Assembly (NCBI GenBank): GCA_032718475.1
Contig: JAUCBJ010007195.1
Span: forward strand, 1 to 64,000
DNA from: Nemertoderma westbladi
Lineage: Eukaryota > Animalia > Xenacoelomorpha
Reading direction: 5' to 3'
Length of the DNA: 64,000 nt
Shown piece by piece: positions 24,662 through 42,600 of the stretch (its first letter is position 1; each line of letters starts with the position of its first letter). A program made the translations under genes and the position numbers. The notes beneath the pieces were generated by a model. It searched no databases. It saw nothing but the letters and a program-made list of their open reading frames with translations, and was not told the DNA's origin.

Positions 24662-27600
24662 CTAACTATAACACACAAACTAACCGTAATTCTAACTATA
24701 ACACACAAACTAACCTTAATTTTAACTATAACACAAAAACTAACCTTAATTTTAACTATAACACACAAACTAACCTTAATTTTAACTATAACACACAAAC
24801 TAACCTTTACTCTAACTATAACACACAAACTAACCTTAATTTTAACTATAACACACAAACTAACCTTAATTCTAACTATAACACACAAACTAACCTTAAT
24901 TTTAACTATAACACACAAACTAACCTTTACTCTAACTATAACACACAAACTAACCTTAATTCTAACTATAACACACAAACTAACCTTAATTCTAACTATA
25001 ACACACAAACTAACCTTAATTCTAACTATAACACACAAACTAAGCTTTACTCTAACTATAACACACAAACTAACCTTAATTTTAACTATAACACACAAAC
25101 TAACCTTTACTCTAACTATAACACACAAACTAACCTTTACTCTAACTATAACACACAAACTAACCTTTACTCTAACTATAACACACAAACTAACCTTAAT
25201 TCTAACTATAACACACAAACTAACCTTAATTCTAACTATAACACACAAACTAACCTTTACTCTAACTATAACACACAAACTAACCTTAATTTTAACTATA
25301 ACACACAAACTAACCTTTACTCTAACTATAACACACAAACTAACCTTAATTTTAACTATAACACACAAACTAGCCTTAATTCTAACTATAACACACAAAC
25401 TAACCTTAATTTTAACTATAACACACAAACTAACCTTTACTCTAACTATAACACACAAACTAACCTTAATTCTAACTATAACACACAAACTAACCTTAAT
25501 TCTAACTATAACACACAAACTAACCTTAATTCTAACTATAACACACAAACTAACCTTTACTCTAACTATAACACACAAACTAACCTTTACTCTAACTATA
25601 ACACACAAACTAACCTTTACTCTAACTATAACACACAAACTAACCTTAATTCTAACTATAACACACAAACTAACCTTAATTCTAACTATAACACACAAAC
25701 TAACCTTTACTCTAACTATAACACACAAACTAACCTTTACTCTAACTATAACACACAAACTAACCTTTACTCTAACTATAACACACAAACTAACCTTAAT
25801 TCTAACTATAACACACAAACTAACCTTAATTCTAACTATAACACACAAACTAACCTTTACTCTAACTATAACACACAAACTAACCTTAATTCTAACTATA
25901 ACACACAAACTAACCTTAATTCTAACTATAACACACAAACTAACCTTTACTCTAACTATAACACACAAACTAACCTTAATTCTAACTATAACACACAAAC
26001 TAACCTTAATTCTAACTATAACACACAAACTAACCTTAATTCTAACTATAACACACAAACTAACCTTAATTCTAACTATAACACACAAACTAACCTTAAT
26101 TCTAACTATAACACACAAACTAACCTTAATTCTAACTATAACACACAAACTAACCTTTACTCTAACTATAACACACAAACTAACCTTAATTCTAACTATA
26201 ACACACAAACTAACCTTAATTCTAACTATAACACACAAACTAACCTTTACTCTAACTATAACACACAAACTAACCTTAATTTTAACTATAACACACAAAC
26301 TAACCTTAATTTTAACTATAACACACAAACTAACCGTAATTCTAACTATAACACACAAACTTACACACACACAACACAACACACACACATAACTAACCTT
26401 AATCTAACTTTAACACACAAACTAACCTTAATTCTAACTATAACACACAAACTAACCTTAATTCTAACTATAACACACAAACTAACCGTAATTCTAACTA
26501 TAACACACAAACTATCCTTAATTTTAACTATAACACAAAAACTAACCTTTACTCTAACTATAACACACAAACTAACCTTAATTCTAACTATAACACACAA
26601 ACTAACCTTAATTCTAACTATAACACACAAACTAACCTTAATTCTAACTATAACACACAAACTAAGCTTAATTCTAACTATAACACACAAACTAACCTTA
26701 ATTCTAACTATAACACACAAACTAACCGTAATTCTAACTGTAACAAACAAACTAACCTTAATTCTAACTGTAACAAACAAACTAACCTTAATTTTAACTA
26801 TAACACACAAACTAACCGTAATTCTAACTATAACACACAAACTTACACACACACAACACAACACACACACATAACTAACCTTAATCTAACTTTAACACAC
26901 AAACTAACCTTAATTCTTACTATAACACACAAACTAACCTTAATTCTTACTATAACACACAAACTAACCGTAATTCTAACTATAAGACACAAACTAACCT
27001 TAATTCTAACTATAACACACAAACTAACCTTAATTCTAACTATAACACACAAACTAACCGTAATTCTAACTATAACACACAAACTAACCTTAATTCTAAC
27101 TATAACACACAAACTAACCTTAATTCTTACTATAACACACAAACTAACCGTAATTCTAACTATAACACACAAACTAACCTTAATTCTAACTATAACACAC
27201 AAACTAACCTTAATTCTAACTATAACACACAAACTAACCTTAATTCTAACTATAACACACAAACTAACCTTAATTCTAACTATAACACACAAACTAACCT
27301 TAATTCTAACTATAACACACAAACTAACCGTAATTCTAACTATAACACACAAACTAACCTTAATTCTAACTATAACACACAAACTAACCTTAATTCTAAC
27401 TATAACACAAAAACTAACCTTAATTTTAACTATAACACACAAACTAACCTTAATTCTAACTATAACACACAAACTAACCGTAATTCTAACTATACACACA
27501 CAAACTAACCTTTACTCTAACTATAACACACAAACTAACCTTAATTCTAACTATAACACACAAACTAACCTTTACTCTAACTATAACACACAAACTAACC

Positions 27601-30600
27601 TTAATTCTAACTATAACACACAAACTAACCGTAATTCTAACTATAACACACAAACTAACCTTTACTCTAACTATAACACACAAACTAACCTTAATTCTAA
27701 CTATAACACACAAACTAACCGTAATTCTAACTATAACACACAAACTAACCTTAATTTTAACTATAACACACAAACTAACCTTAATTCTAACTATAACACA
27801 CAAACTAACCTTAATTTTAACTATAACACACAAACTAACCTTTACTCTAACTATAACACACAAACTAACCTTAATTTTAACTATAACACACAAACTAACC
27901 TTAATTCTAACTATAACACACAAACTAACCTTAATTTTAACTATAACACACAAACTAACCTTTACTCTAACTATAACACACAAACTAACCTTAATTCTAA
28001 CTATAACACACAAACTAACCTTAATTCTAACTATAACACACAAACTAACCTTAATTCTAACTATAACACACAAACTAACCTTTACTCTAACTATAACACA
28101 CAAACTAACCTTTACTCTAACTATAACACACAAACTAACCTTTACTCTAACTATAACACACAAACTAACCTTAATTCTAACTATAACACACAAACTAACC
28201 TTAATTCTAACTATAACACACAAACTAACCTTTACTCTAACTATAACACACAAACTAACCTTAATTTTAACTATAACACACAAACTAACCTTTACTCTAA
28301 CTATAACACACAAACTAACCTTAATTTAACTATAACACACAAACTAACCTTAATTCTAACTATAACACACAAACTAACCTTAATTTAACTATAACACACA
28401 AACTAACCTTTACTCTAACTATAACACACAAACTAACCTTAATTCTAACTATAACACACAAACTAACCTTAATTCTAACTATAACACACAAACTAACCTT
28501 AATTCTAACTATAACACACAAACTAACCTTTACTCTAACTATAACACACAAACTAACCTTTACTCTAACTATAACACACAAACTAACCTTTACTCTAACT
28601 ATAACACACAAACTAACCTTAATTCTAACTATAACACACAAACTAACCTTAATTCTAACTATAACACACAAACTAACCTTAATTCTAACTATAACACACA
28701 AACTAACCTTTACTCTAACTATAACACACAAACTAACCTTTACTCTAACTATAACACACAAACTAACCTTACTCTAACTATAACACACAAACTAACCTTT
28801 ACTCTAACTATAACACACAAACTAACCTTAATTCTAACTATAACACACAAACTAACCTTAATTCTAACTATAACACACAAACTAACCTTTACTCTAACTA
28901 TAACACACAAACTAACCTTAATTCTAACTATAACACACAAACTAACCTTAATTCTAACTATAACACACAAACTAACCTTTACTCTAACTATAACACACAA
29001 ACTAACCTTAATTCTAACTATAACACACAAACTAACCTTAATTCTAACTATAACACACAAACTAACCTTAATTCTAACTATAACACACAAACTAACCTTA
29101 CTCTAACTATAACACACAAACTAACCTTTACTCTAACTATAACACACAAACTAACCTTTACTCTAACTATAACACACAAACTAACCTTAATTCTAACTAT
29201 AACACACAAACTAACCTTAATTCTAACTATAACACACAAACTAACCTTTACTCTAACTATAACACACAAACTAACCTTAATTCTAACTATAACACACAAA
29301 CTAACCTTAATTCTAACTATAACACACAAACTAACCTTTACTCTAACTATAACACACAAACTAACCTTAATTCTAACTATAACACACAAACTAACCTTAA
29401 TTCTAACTATAACACACAAACTAACCTTAATTCTAACTATAACACACAAACTAACCTTAATTCTAACTATAACACACAAACTAACCTTAATTCTAACTAT
29501 AACACACAAACTAACCTTAATTCTAACTATAACACACAAACTAACCTTTACTCTAACTATAACACACAAACTAACCTTAATTCTAACTATAACACACAAA
29601 CTAACCTTAATTCTAACTATAACACACAAACTAACCTTAATTCTAACTATAACACACAAACTAACCTTAATTCTAACTATAACACACAAACTAACCTTTA
29701 CTCTAACTATAACACACAAACTAACCTTAATTCTAACTATAACACACAAACTAACCTTAATTCTAACTATAACACACAAACTAACCTTAATTCTAACTAT
29801 AACACACAAACTAACCTTAATTCTAACTATAACACACAAACTAACCTTAATTCTAACTATAACACACAAACTAACCTTAATTCTAACTATAACACACAAA
29901 CTAACCTTAATTCTAACTATAACACACAAACTAACCTTAATTCTAACTATAACACACAAACTAACCTTTACTCTAACTATAACACACAAACTAACCTTAA
30001 TTCTAACTATAACACACAAACTAACCTTAATTCTAACTATAACACACAAACTAACCTTAATTCTAACTATAACACACAAACTAACCTTAATTCTAACTAT
30101 AACACACAAACTAACCTTATTCTAACTATAACACACAAACTAACCTTATTCTAACTATAACACACAAACTAACCTTAATTCTAACTATAACACACAAACT
30201 AACCGTAATTCTAACTATAACACACAAACTAACCTTTACTCTAACTATAACACACAAACTAACCTTAATTCTAACTATAACACACAAACTAACCTTAATT
30301 CTAACTATAACACACAAACTAACCTTAATTTTAACTATAACACACAAACTAACCTTAATTTTAACTATAACACACAAACTAACCTTAATTTTAACTATAA
30401 CACACAAACTAACCTTTACTCTAACTATAACACACAAACTAACCTTAATTCTAACTATAACACACAAACTAACCTTAATTCTAACTATAACACACAAACT
30501 AACCTTAATTCTAACTATAACACACAAACTAACCTTAATTTTAACTATAACACACAAACTAACCTTAATTCTAACTATAACACACAAACTAACCTTAATT

Positions 30601-33600
30601 TTAACTATAACACACAAACTAACCTTTACTCTAACTATAACACACAAACTAACCTTAATTCTAACTATAACACACAAACTAACCTTAATTCTAACTATAA
30701 CACACAAACTAACCTTAATTCTAACTATAACACACAAACTAAGCTTTACTCTAACTATAACACACAAACTAACCTTAATTTTAACTATAACACACAAACT
30801 AACCTTAATTCTAACTATAACACACAAACTAACCTTTACTCTAACTATAACACACAAACTAACCTTAATTCTAACTATAACACACAAACTAACCTTTACT
30901 CTAACTATAACACACAAACTAACCTTTACTCTAACTATAACACACAAACTAACCTTTACTCTAACTATAACACACAAACTAACCTTAATTCTAACTATAA
31001 CACACAAACTAACCTTAATTCTAACTATAACACACAAACTAACCTTTACTCTAACTATAACACACAAACTAACCTTAATTTTAACTATAACACACAAACT
31101 AACCTTTACTCTAACTATAACACACAAACTAACCTTAATTTTAACTATAACACACAAACTAGCCTTAATTCTAACTATAACACACAAACTAACCTTAATT
31201 TTAACTATAACACACAAACTAACCTTTACTCTAACTATAACACACAAACTAACCTTAATTCTAACTATAACACACAAACTAACCTTAATTCTAACTATAA
31301 CACACAAACTAACCTTAATTCTAACTATAACACACAAACTAACCTTTACTCTAACTATAACACACAAACTAACCTTTACTCTAACTATAACACACAAACT
31401 AACCTTTACTCTAACTATAACACACAAACTAACCTTAATTCTAACTATAACACACAAACTAACCTTAATTCTAACTATAACACACAAACTAACCTTTACT
31501 CTAACTATAACACACAAACTAACCTTTATTCTAACTATAACACACAAACTAACCTTTACTCTAACTATAACACACAAACTAACCTTAATTATAACTATAA
31601 CACACAAACTAACCTTAATTCTAACTATAACACACAAACTAACCTTTACTCTAACTATAACACACAAACTAACCTTAATTCTAACTATAACACACAAACT
31701 AACCTTAATTCTAACTATAACACACAAACTAACCTTAATTCTAACTATAACACACAAACTAACCTTAATTCTAACTATAACACACAAACTAACCTTAATT
31801 CTAACTATAACACACAAACTAACCTTAATTCTAACTATAACACACAAACTAACCTTAATTCTAACTATAACACACAAACTAACCTTTACTCTAACTATAA
31901 CACACAAACTAACCTTAATTCTAACTATAACACACAAACTAACCTTAATTCTAACTATAACACACAAACTAACCTTTACTCTAACTATAACACACAAACT
32001 AACCTTAATTTTAACTATAACACACAAACTAACCTTAATTTTAACTATAACACACAAACTAACCGTAATTCTAACTATAACACACAAACTTACACACACA
32101 CAACACAACACACACACATAACTAACCTTAATCTAACTTTAACACACAAACTAACCTTAATTCTAACTATAACACACAAACTAACCTTAATTCTAACTAT
32201 AACACACAAACTAACCGTAATTCTAACTATAACACACAAACTAACCTTAATTTTAACTATAGCACACAAACTAACCTTTACTCTAACTATAACACACAAA
32301 CTAACCTTTACTCTAACTATAACACACAAACTAACCTTAATTATAACTATAACACACAAACTAACCTTAATTTTAACTATAACACAAAAACTAACCTTAA
32401 TTTTAACTATAGCACACAAACTAACCTTTACTCTAACTATAACACACAAACTAACCTTTACTCTAACTATAACACACAAACTAACCTTAATTATAACTAT
32501 AACACACAAACTAACCTTAATTTTAACTATAACACACAAACTAACCTTAATTCTAACTATAACACACAAACTAACCTTAATTTTAACTATAACACACAAA
32601 CTAAGCTTAATTCTAACTATAACACACAAACTAACCTTAATTTTAACTATAACACACAAACTAACCTTAATTTTAACTATAACACACAAACTAACCTTAA
32701 TTTTAACTATAACACACAAACTAACCTTTACTCTAACTATAACACACAAACTAACCTTTACTCTAACTATAACACACAAACTAACCTTAATTCTAACTAT
32801 AACACACAAACTAACCTTAATTCTAACTATAACACACAAACTAACCGTAATTCTAACTATAACACACAAACTAACCTTAATTTTAACTATAACACACAAA
32901 CTAACCTTAATTTTAACTATAACACACAAACTAAACTTAATTCTAACTATAACACACAAACTAAGCTTTACTCTAACTATAACACACAAACTAACCTTAA
33001 TTCTAACTATAACACACAAACTAACCTTTATTCTAACTATAACACACAAACTAACCGTAATTCTAACTATAACACACAAACTAACCTTAATTCTAACTAT
33101 AACACACAAACTAACCTTAATTTTAACTATAACACAAAAACTAACCTTAATTTTAACTATAACACACAAACTAACCTTAATTCTAACTATAACACACAAA
33201 CTAACCGTAATTCTAACTATAACACATCACAAACTAACCTTTACTCTAACTATAACACACAAACTAACCTTAATTCTAACTATAACACACAAACTAACCT
33301 TTACTCTAACTATAACACACAAACTAACCTTAATTCTAACTATAACACACAAACTAACCTTAATTCTAACTATAACACACAAACTAACCGTAATTCTAAC
33401 TATAACACACAAACTAACCTTAATTTTAACTATAACACACAAACTAACCTTAATTTTAACTATAACACACAAACTAAACTTAATTCTAACTATAACACAC
33501 AAACTAAGCTTTACTCTAACTATAACACACAAACTAACCTTAATTCTAACTATAACACACAAACTAACCTTTATTCTAACTATAACACACAAACTAACCG

Positions 33601-36600
33601 TAATTCTAACTATAACACACAAACTAACCTTAATTTTAACTATAACACACAAACTAAGCTTAATTCTAACTATAACACACAAACTAACCTTAATTTTAAC
33701 TATAACACACAAACTAACCTTAATTTTAACTATAACACACAAACTAACCTTAATTTTAACTATAACACACAAACTAACCTTTACTCTAACTATAACACAC
33801 AAACTAACCTTTACTCTAACTATAACACACAAACTAACCTTAATTCTAACTATAACACACAAACTAACCTTAATTCTAACTATAACACACAAACTAACCG
33901 TAATTCTAACTATAACACACAAACTAACCTTAATTTTAACTATAACACACAAACTAACCTTAATTTTAACTATAACACACAAACTAAACTTAATTCTAAC
34001 TATAACACACAAACTAAGCTTTACTCTAACTATAACACACAAACTAACCTTAATTCTAACTATAACACACAAACTAACCTTTATTCTAACTATAACACAC
34101 AAACTAACCGTAATTCTAACTATAACACACAAACTAACCTTAATTCTAACTATAACACACAAACTAACCTTAATTTTAACTATAACACAAAAACTAACCT
34201 TAATTTTAACTATAACACACAAACTAACCTTAATTCTAACTATAACACACAAACTAACCGTAATTCTAACTATAACACATCACAAACTAACCTTTACTCT
34301 AACTATAACACACAAACTAACCTTAATTCTAACTATAACACACAAACTAACCTTTACTCTAACTATAACACACAAACTAACCTTAATTCTAACTATAACA
34401 CACAAACTAACCGTAATTCTAACTATAACACACAAACTAACCTTTACTCTAACTATAACACTCAAACTAACCTTAATTCTAACTATAACACACAAACTAA
34501 CCGTAATTCTAACTATAACACACAAACTAACCTTAATTTTAACTATAACACAAAAACTAACCTTAATTTTAACTATAACAACACAAACTAACCTTAATTT
34601 TAACTATAACACACAAACTAACCTTTACTCTAACTATAACACACAAACTAACCTTAATTCTAACTATAACACACAAACTAACCTTAATTCTAACTATAAC
34701 ACACAAACTAACCTTAATTTTAACTATAACACACAAACTAACCTTTACTCTAACTATAACACACAAACTAACCTTAATTCTAACTATAACACACAAACTA
34801 ACCTTAATTCTAACTATAACACACAAACTAACCTTAATTCTAACTATAACACACAAACTAACCTTTACTCTAACTATAACACACAAACTAACCTTTACTC
34901 TAACTATAACACACAAACTAACCTTTACTCTAACTATAACACACAAACTAACCTTAATTCTAACTATAACACACAAACTAACCTTAATTCTAACTATAAC
35001 ACACAAACTAACCTTTACTCTAACTATAACACACAAACTAACCTTAATTCTAACTATAACACACAAACTAACCTTTACTCTAACTATAACACACAAACTA
35101 ACCTTAATTTTAACTATAACACACAAACTAACCTTAATTCTAACTATAACACACAAACTAACCTTAATTTTAACTATAACACACAAACTAACCTTTACTC
35201 TAACTATAACACACAAACTAACCTTAATTTAACTATAACACACAAACTAACCTTTACTCTAACTATAACACACAAACTAACCTTTACTCTAACTATAACA
35301 CACAAACTAACCTTAATTCTAACTATAACACACAAACTAACCTTAATTCTAACTATAACACACAAACTAACCTTTACTCTAACTATAACACACAAACTAA
35401 CCTTTACTCTAACTATAACACACAAACTAACCTTTACTCTAACTATAACACACAAACTAACCTTAATTCTAACTATAACACACAAACTAACCTTAATTCT
35501 AACTATAACACACAAACTAACCTTAATTCTAACTATAACACACAAACTAACCTTTACTCTAACTATAACACACAAACTAACCTTAATTCTAACTATAACA
35601 CACAAACTAACCTTTACTCTAACTATAACACACAAACTAACCTTAATTCTAACTATAACACACAAACTAACCTTAATTCTAACTATAACACACAAACTAA
35701 CCTTAATTCTAACTATAACACACAAACTAACCTTTACTCTAACTATAACACACAAACTAACCTTAATTCTAACTATAACACACAAACTAACCTTAATTCT
35801 AACTATAACACACAAACTAACCTTACTCTAACTATAACACACAAACTAACCTTAATTCTAACTATAACACACAAACTAACCTTAATTCTAACTATAACAC
35901 ACAAACTAACCTTTACTCTAACTATAACACACAAACTAACCTTAATTCTAACTATAACACACAAACTAACCTTAATTCTAACTATAACACACAAACTAAC
36001 CTTAATTCTAACTATAACACACAAACTAACCTTTACTCTAACTATAACACACAAACTAACCTTACTCTAACTATAACACACAAACTAACCTTTACTCTAA
36101 CTATAACACACAAACTAACCTTAATTCTAACTATAACACACAAACTAACCTTAATTCTAACTATAACACACAAACTAACCTTTACTCTAACTATAACACA
36201 CAAACTAACCTTAATTCTAACTATAACACACAAACTAACCTTAATTCTAACTATAACACACAAACTAACCTTTACTCTAACTATAACACACAAACTAACC
36301 TTAATTCTAACTATAACACACAAACTAACCTTAATTCTAACTATAACACACAAACTAACCTTAATTCTAACTATAACACACAAACTAACCTTAATTCTAA
36401 CTATAACACACAAACTAACCTTAATTCTAACTATAACACACAAACTAACCTTAATTCTAACTATAACACACAAACTAACCTTTACTCTAACTATAACACA
36501 CAAACTAACCTTAATTCTAACTATAACACACAAACTAACCTTAATTCTAACTATAACACACAAACTAACCTTAATTCTAACTATAACACACAAACTAACC

Positions 36601-39600
36601 TTAATTCTAACTATAACACACAAACTAACCTTAATTCTAACTATAACACACAAACTAACCTTTACTCTAACTATAACACACAAACTAACCTTAATTCTAA
36701 CTATAACACACAAACTAACCTTAATTCTAACTATAACACACAAACTAACCTTAATTCTAACTATAACACACAAACTAACCTTAATTCTAACTATAACACA
36801 CAAACTAACCTTAATTCTAACTATAACACACAAACTAACCTTAATTCTAACTATAACACACAAACTAACCTTAATTCTAACTATAACACACAAACTAACC
36901 TTAACTCTAACTATAACACACAAACTAACCTTAATTCTAACTATAACACACAAACTAACCTTAATTCTAACTATAACACACAAACTAACCTTAATTCTAA
37001 CTATAACACACAAACTAACCTTTACTCTAACTATAACACACAAACTAACCTTTACTCTAACTATAACACACAAACTAACCTTAACTCTAACTATAACACA
37101 CAAACTAACCTTAATTCTAACTATAACACACAAACTAACCTTAATTCTAACTATAACACACAAACTAACCTTTACTCTAACTATAACACACAAACTAACC
37201 TTAATTCTAACTATAACACACAAACTAACCTTACTCTAACTATAACACACAAACTAACCTTAATTCTAACTATAACACACAAACTAACCTTAATTCTAAC
37301 TATAACACACAAACTAACCTTAATTCTAACTATAACACACAAACTAACCTTTACTCTAACTATAACACACAAACTAACCTTAATTCTAACTATAACACAC
37401 AAACTAACCTTAATTCTAACTATAACACACAAACTAACCTTAATTCTAACTATAACACACAAACTAACCTTTACTCTAACTATAACACACAAACTAACCT
37501 TAATTCTAACTATAACACACAAACTAACCTTAATTCTAACTATAACACACAAACTAACCTTAATTCTAACTATAACACACAAACTAACCTTAATTCTAAC
37601 TATAACACACAAACTAACCTTTACTCTAACTATAACACACAAACTAACCTTAATTCTAACTATAACACACAAACTAACCTTTACTCTAACTATAACACAC
37701 AAACTAACCTTAATTCTAACTATAACACACAAACTAACCTTAATTCTAACTATAACACACAAACTAACCTTAATTCTAACTATAACACACAAACTAACCT
37801 TAATTCTAACTATAACACACAAACTAACCTTAATTCTAACTATAACACACAAACTAACCTTTACTCTAACTATAACACACAAACTAACCTTAATTCTAAC
37901 TATAACACACAAACTAACCTTAATTCTAACTATAACACACAAACTAACCTTAATTCTAACTATAACACACAAACTAACCTTAATTCTAACTATAACACAC
38001 AAACTAACCTTAATTCTAACTATAACACACAAACTAACCTTAATTCTAACTATAACACACAAACTAACCTTAATTCTAACTATAACACACAAACTAACCT
38101 TAATTCTAACTATAACACACAAACTAACCTTAATTCTAACTATAACACACAAACTAACCTTAATTCTAACTATAACACACAAACTAACCTTAATTCTAAC
38201 TATAACACACAAACTAACCTTAATTCTAACTATAACACACAAACTAACCTTACTCTAACTATAACACACAAACTAACCTTAATTCTAACTATAACACACA
38301 AACTAACCTTAATTCTAACTATAACACACAAACTAACCTTAATTCTAACTATAACACACAAACTAACCTTAATTCTAACTATAACACACAAACTAACCTT
38401 AATTCTAACTATAACACACAAACTAACCTTAATTCTAACTATAACACACAAACTAACCTTAATTCTAACTATAACACACAAACTAACCTTAATTCTAACT
38501 ATAACACACAAACTAACCTTAATTCTAACTATAACACACAAACTAACCTTAACTCTAACTATAACACACAAACTAACCTTAATTCTAACTATAACACACA
38601 AACTAACCTTACTCTAACTATAACACACAAACTAACCTTAATTCTAACTATAACACACAAACTAACCTTACTCTAACTATAACACACAAACTAACCTTAA
38701 TTCTAACTATAACACACAAACTAACCTTTACTCTAACTATAACACACAAACTAACCTTACTTCTAACTATAACACACAAACTAACCTTAATTCTAACTAT
38801 AACACACAAACTAACCTTAATTCTAACTATAACACACAAACTAACCTTAATTCTAACTATAACACACAAACTAACCTTAATTCTAACTATAACACACAAA
38901 CTAACCTTTACTCTAACTATAACACACAAACTAACCTTAATTCTAACTATAACACACAAACTAACCTTTACTCTAACTATAACACACAAACTAACCTTTA
39001 CTCTAACTATAACACACAAACTAACCTTTACTCTAACTATAACACACAAACTAACCTTAATTCTAACTATAACACACAAACTAACCTTTACTCTAACTAT
39101 AACACACAAACTAACCTTTACTCTAACTATAACACACAAACTAACCTTAATTCTAACTATAACACACAAACTAACCTTTACTCTAACTATAACACACAAA
39201 CTAACCTTACTTCTAACTATAACACACAAACTAACCTTAATTCTAACTATAACACACAAACTAACCTTAATTCTAACTATAACACACAAACTAACCTTAA
39301 TTCTAACTATAACACACAAACTAACCTTAATTCTAACTATAACACACAAACTAACCTTTACTCTAACTATAACACACAAACTAACCTTTACTCTAACTAT
39401 AACACACAAACTAACCTTAATTCTAACTATAACACACAAACTAACCTTAATTCTAACTATAACACACAAACTAACCTTAATTCTAACTATAACACACAAA
39501 CTAACCTTAATTCTAACTATAACACACAAACTAACCTTTACTCTAACTATAACACACAAACTAACCTTAACTCTAACTATAACACACAAACTAACCTTTA

Positions 39601-42600
39601 CTCTAACTATAACACACAAACTAACCTTAACTCTAACTATAACACACAAACTAACCTTTACTCTAACTATAACACACAAACTAACCTTAATTCTAACTAT
39701 AACACACAAACTAACCTTTACTCTAACTATAACACACAAACTAACCTTTACTCTAACTATAACACACAAACTAACCTTTACTCTAACTATAACACACAAA
39801 CTAACCTTAATTCTAACTATAACACACAAACTAACCTTTACTCTAACTATAACACACAAACTAACCTTAATTCTAACTATAACACACAAACTAACCTTAA
39901 TTCTAACTATAACACACAAACTAACCTTTACTCTAACTATAACACACAAACTAACCTTTACTCTAACTATAACACACAAACTAACCTTAATTCTAACTAT
40001 AACACACAAACTAACCTTAATTCTAACTATAACACACAAACTAACCTTTACTCTAACTATAACACACAAACTAACCTTAATTCTAACTATAACACACAAA
40101 CTAACCTTAATTCTAACTATAACACACAAACTAACCTTTACTCTAACTATAACACACAAACTAACCTTAATTCTAACTATAACACACAAACTAACCTTAA
40201 TTCTAACTATAACACACAAACTAACCTTTACTCTAACTATAACACACAAACTAACCTTTACTCTAACTATAACACACAAACTAACCTTTACTCTAACTAT
40301 AACACACAAACTAACCTTTACTCTAACTATAACACACAAACTAACCTTTACTCTAACTATAACACACAAACTAACCTTAATTCTAACTATAACACACAAA
40401 CTAACCTTAATTCTAACTATAACACACAAACTAACCTTTACTCTAACTATAACACACAAACTAACCTTTACTCTAACTATAACACACAAACTAACCTTTA
40501 CTCTAACTATAACACACAAACTAACCTTTACTCTAACTATAACACACAAACTAACCTTAATTCTAACTATAACACACAAACTAACCTTTACTCTGACTAT
40601 AACACACAAACTAACCTTTACTCTGACTATAACACACAAACTAACCTTTACTCTAACTATAACACACAAACTAACCTTTACTCTAACTATAACACACAAA
40701 CTAACCTTTACTCTAACTATAACACACAAACTAACCTTAATTCTAACTATAACACACAAACTAACCTTTACTCTGACTATAACACACAAACTAACCTTAA
40801 TTCTAACTATAACACACAAACTAACCTTAATTCTAACTATAACACACAAACTAACCTTTACTCTAACTATAACACACAAACTAACCTTTACTCTAACTAT
40901 AACACACAAACTAACCTTTACTCTAACTATAACACACAAACTAACCTTTACTCTGACTATAACACACAAACTAACCTTTACTCTAACTATAACACACAAA
41001 CTAACCTTTACTCTAACTATAACACACAAACTAACCTTAATTCTAACTATAACACACAAACTAACCTTAATTCTAACTATAACACACAAACTAACCTTTA
41101 CTCTAACTATAACACACAAACTAACCTTTACTCTGACTATAACAAACAAACTAACCTTTACTCTAACTATAACACACAAACTAACCTTTACTCTAACTAT
41201 AACACACAAACTAACCTTTACTCTGACTATAACACACAAACTAACCTTTACTCTAACTATAACACACAAACTAACCTTAATTCTAACTATAACACACAAA
41301 CTAACCTTTACTCTAACTATAACACACAAACTAACCTTAATTCTAACTATAACACACAAACTAAGCTTAATTCTAACTATAACACACAAACTAACCTTTA
41401 CTCTAACTATAACACACAAACTAACCTTTACTCTGACTATAACACACAAACTAACCTTTACTCTAACTATAACACACAAACTAACCTTTACTCTAACTAT
41501 AACACACAAACTAACCTTTACTCTGACTATAACACACAAACTAACCTTTACTCTAACTATAACACACAAACTAACCTTAATTCTAACTATAACACACAAA
41601 CTAACCTTTACTCTAACTATAACACACAAACTAAGCTTTACTCTAACTATAACACACAAACTAACCTTTACTCTAACTATAACACACAAACTAACCTTTA
41701 CTCTAACTATAACACACAAACTAACCTTTACTCTAACTATAACACACAAACTAACCTTTACTCTAACTATAACACACAAACTAACCTTAATTCTAACTAT
41801 AACACACAAACTAACCTTTACTCTAACTATAACACACAAACTAACCTTAATTCTAACTATAACACACAAACTAACCTTTACTCTAACTATAACACACAAA
41901 CTAACCTTAATTCTAACTATAACACACAAACTAACCTTTACTCTAACTATAACACACAAACTAACCTTTACTCTAACTATAACACACAAACTAACCTTTA
42001 CTCTAACTATAACACACAAACTAACCTTTACTCTAACTATAACACACAAACTAACCTTAATTCTAACTATAACACACAAACTAACCTTTACTCTAACTAT
42101 AACACACAAACTAACCTTAATTCTAACTATAACACACAAACTAACCTTAATTTTAACTATAACACACAAACTAACCTTTACTCTAACTATAACACACAAA
42201 CTAACCTTTACTCTGACTATAACAAACAAACTAACCTTAATTCTAACTATAACACACAAACTAACCTTAATTCTAACTATAACACACAAACTAACCTTTA
42301 CTCTAACTATAACACACAAACTAACCTTAATTCTAACTATAACACACAAACTAACCTTAATTCTAACTATAACACACAAACTAACCTTTACTCTAACTAT
42401 AACACACAAACTAACCTTAATTCTAACTATAACACACAAACTAAGCTTAATTCTAACTATAACACACAAACTAACCTTTACTCTAACTATAACACACAAA
42501 CTAACCTTTACTCTGACTATAACAAACAAACTAACCTTTACTCTAACTATAACACACAAACTAACCTTTACTCTAACTATAACACACAAACTAACCTTTA

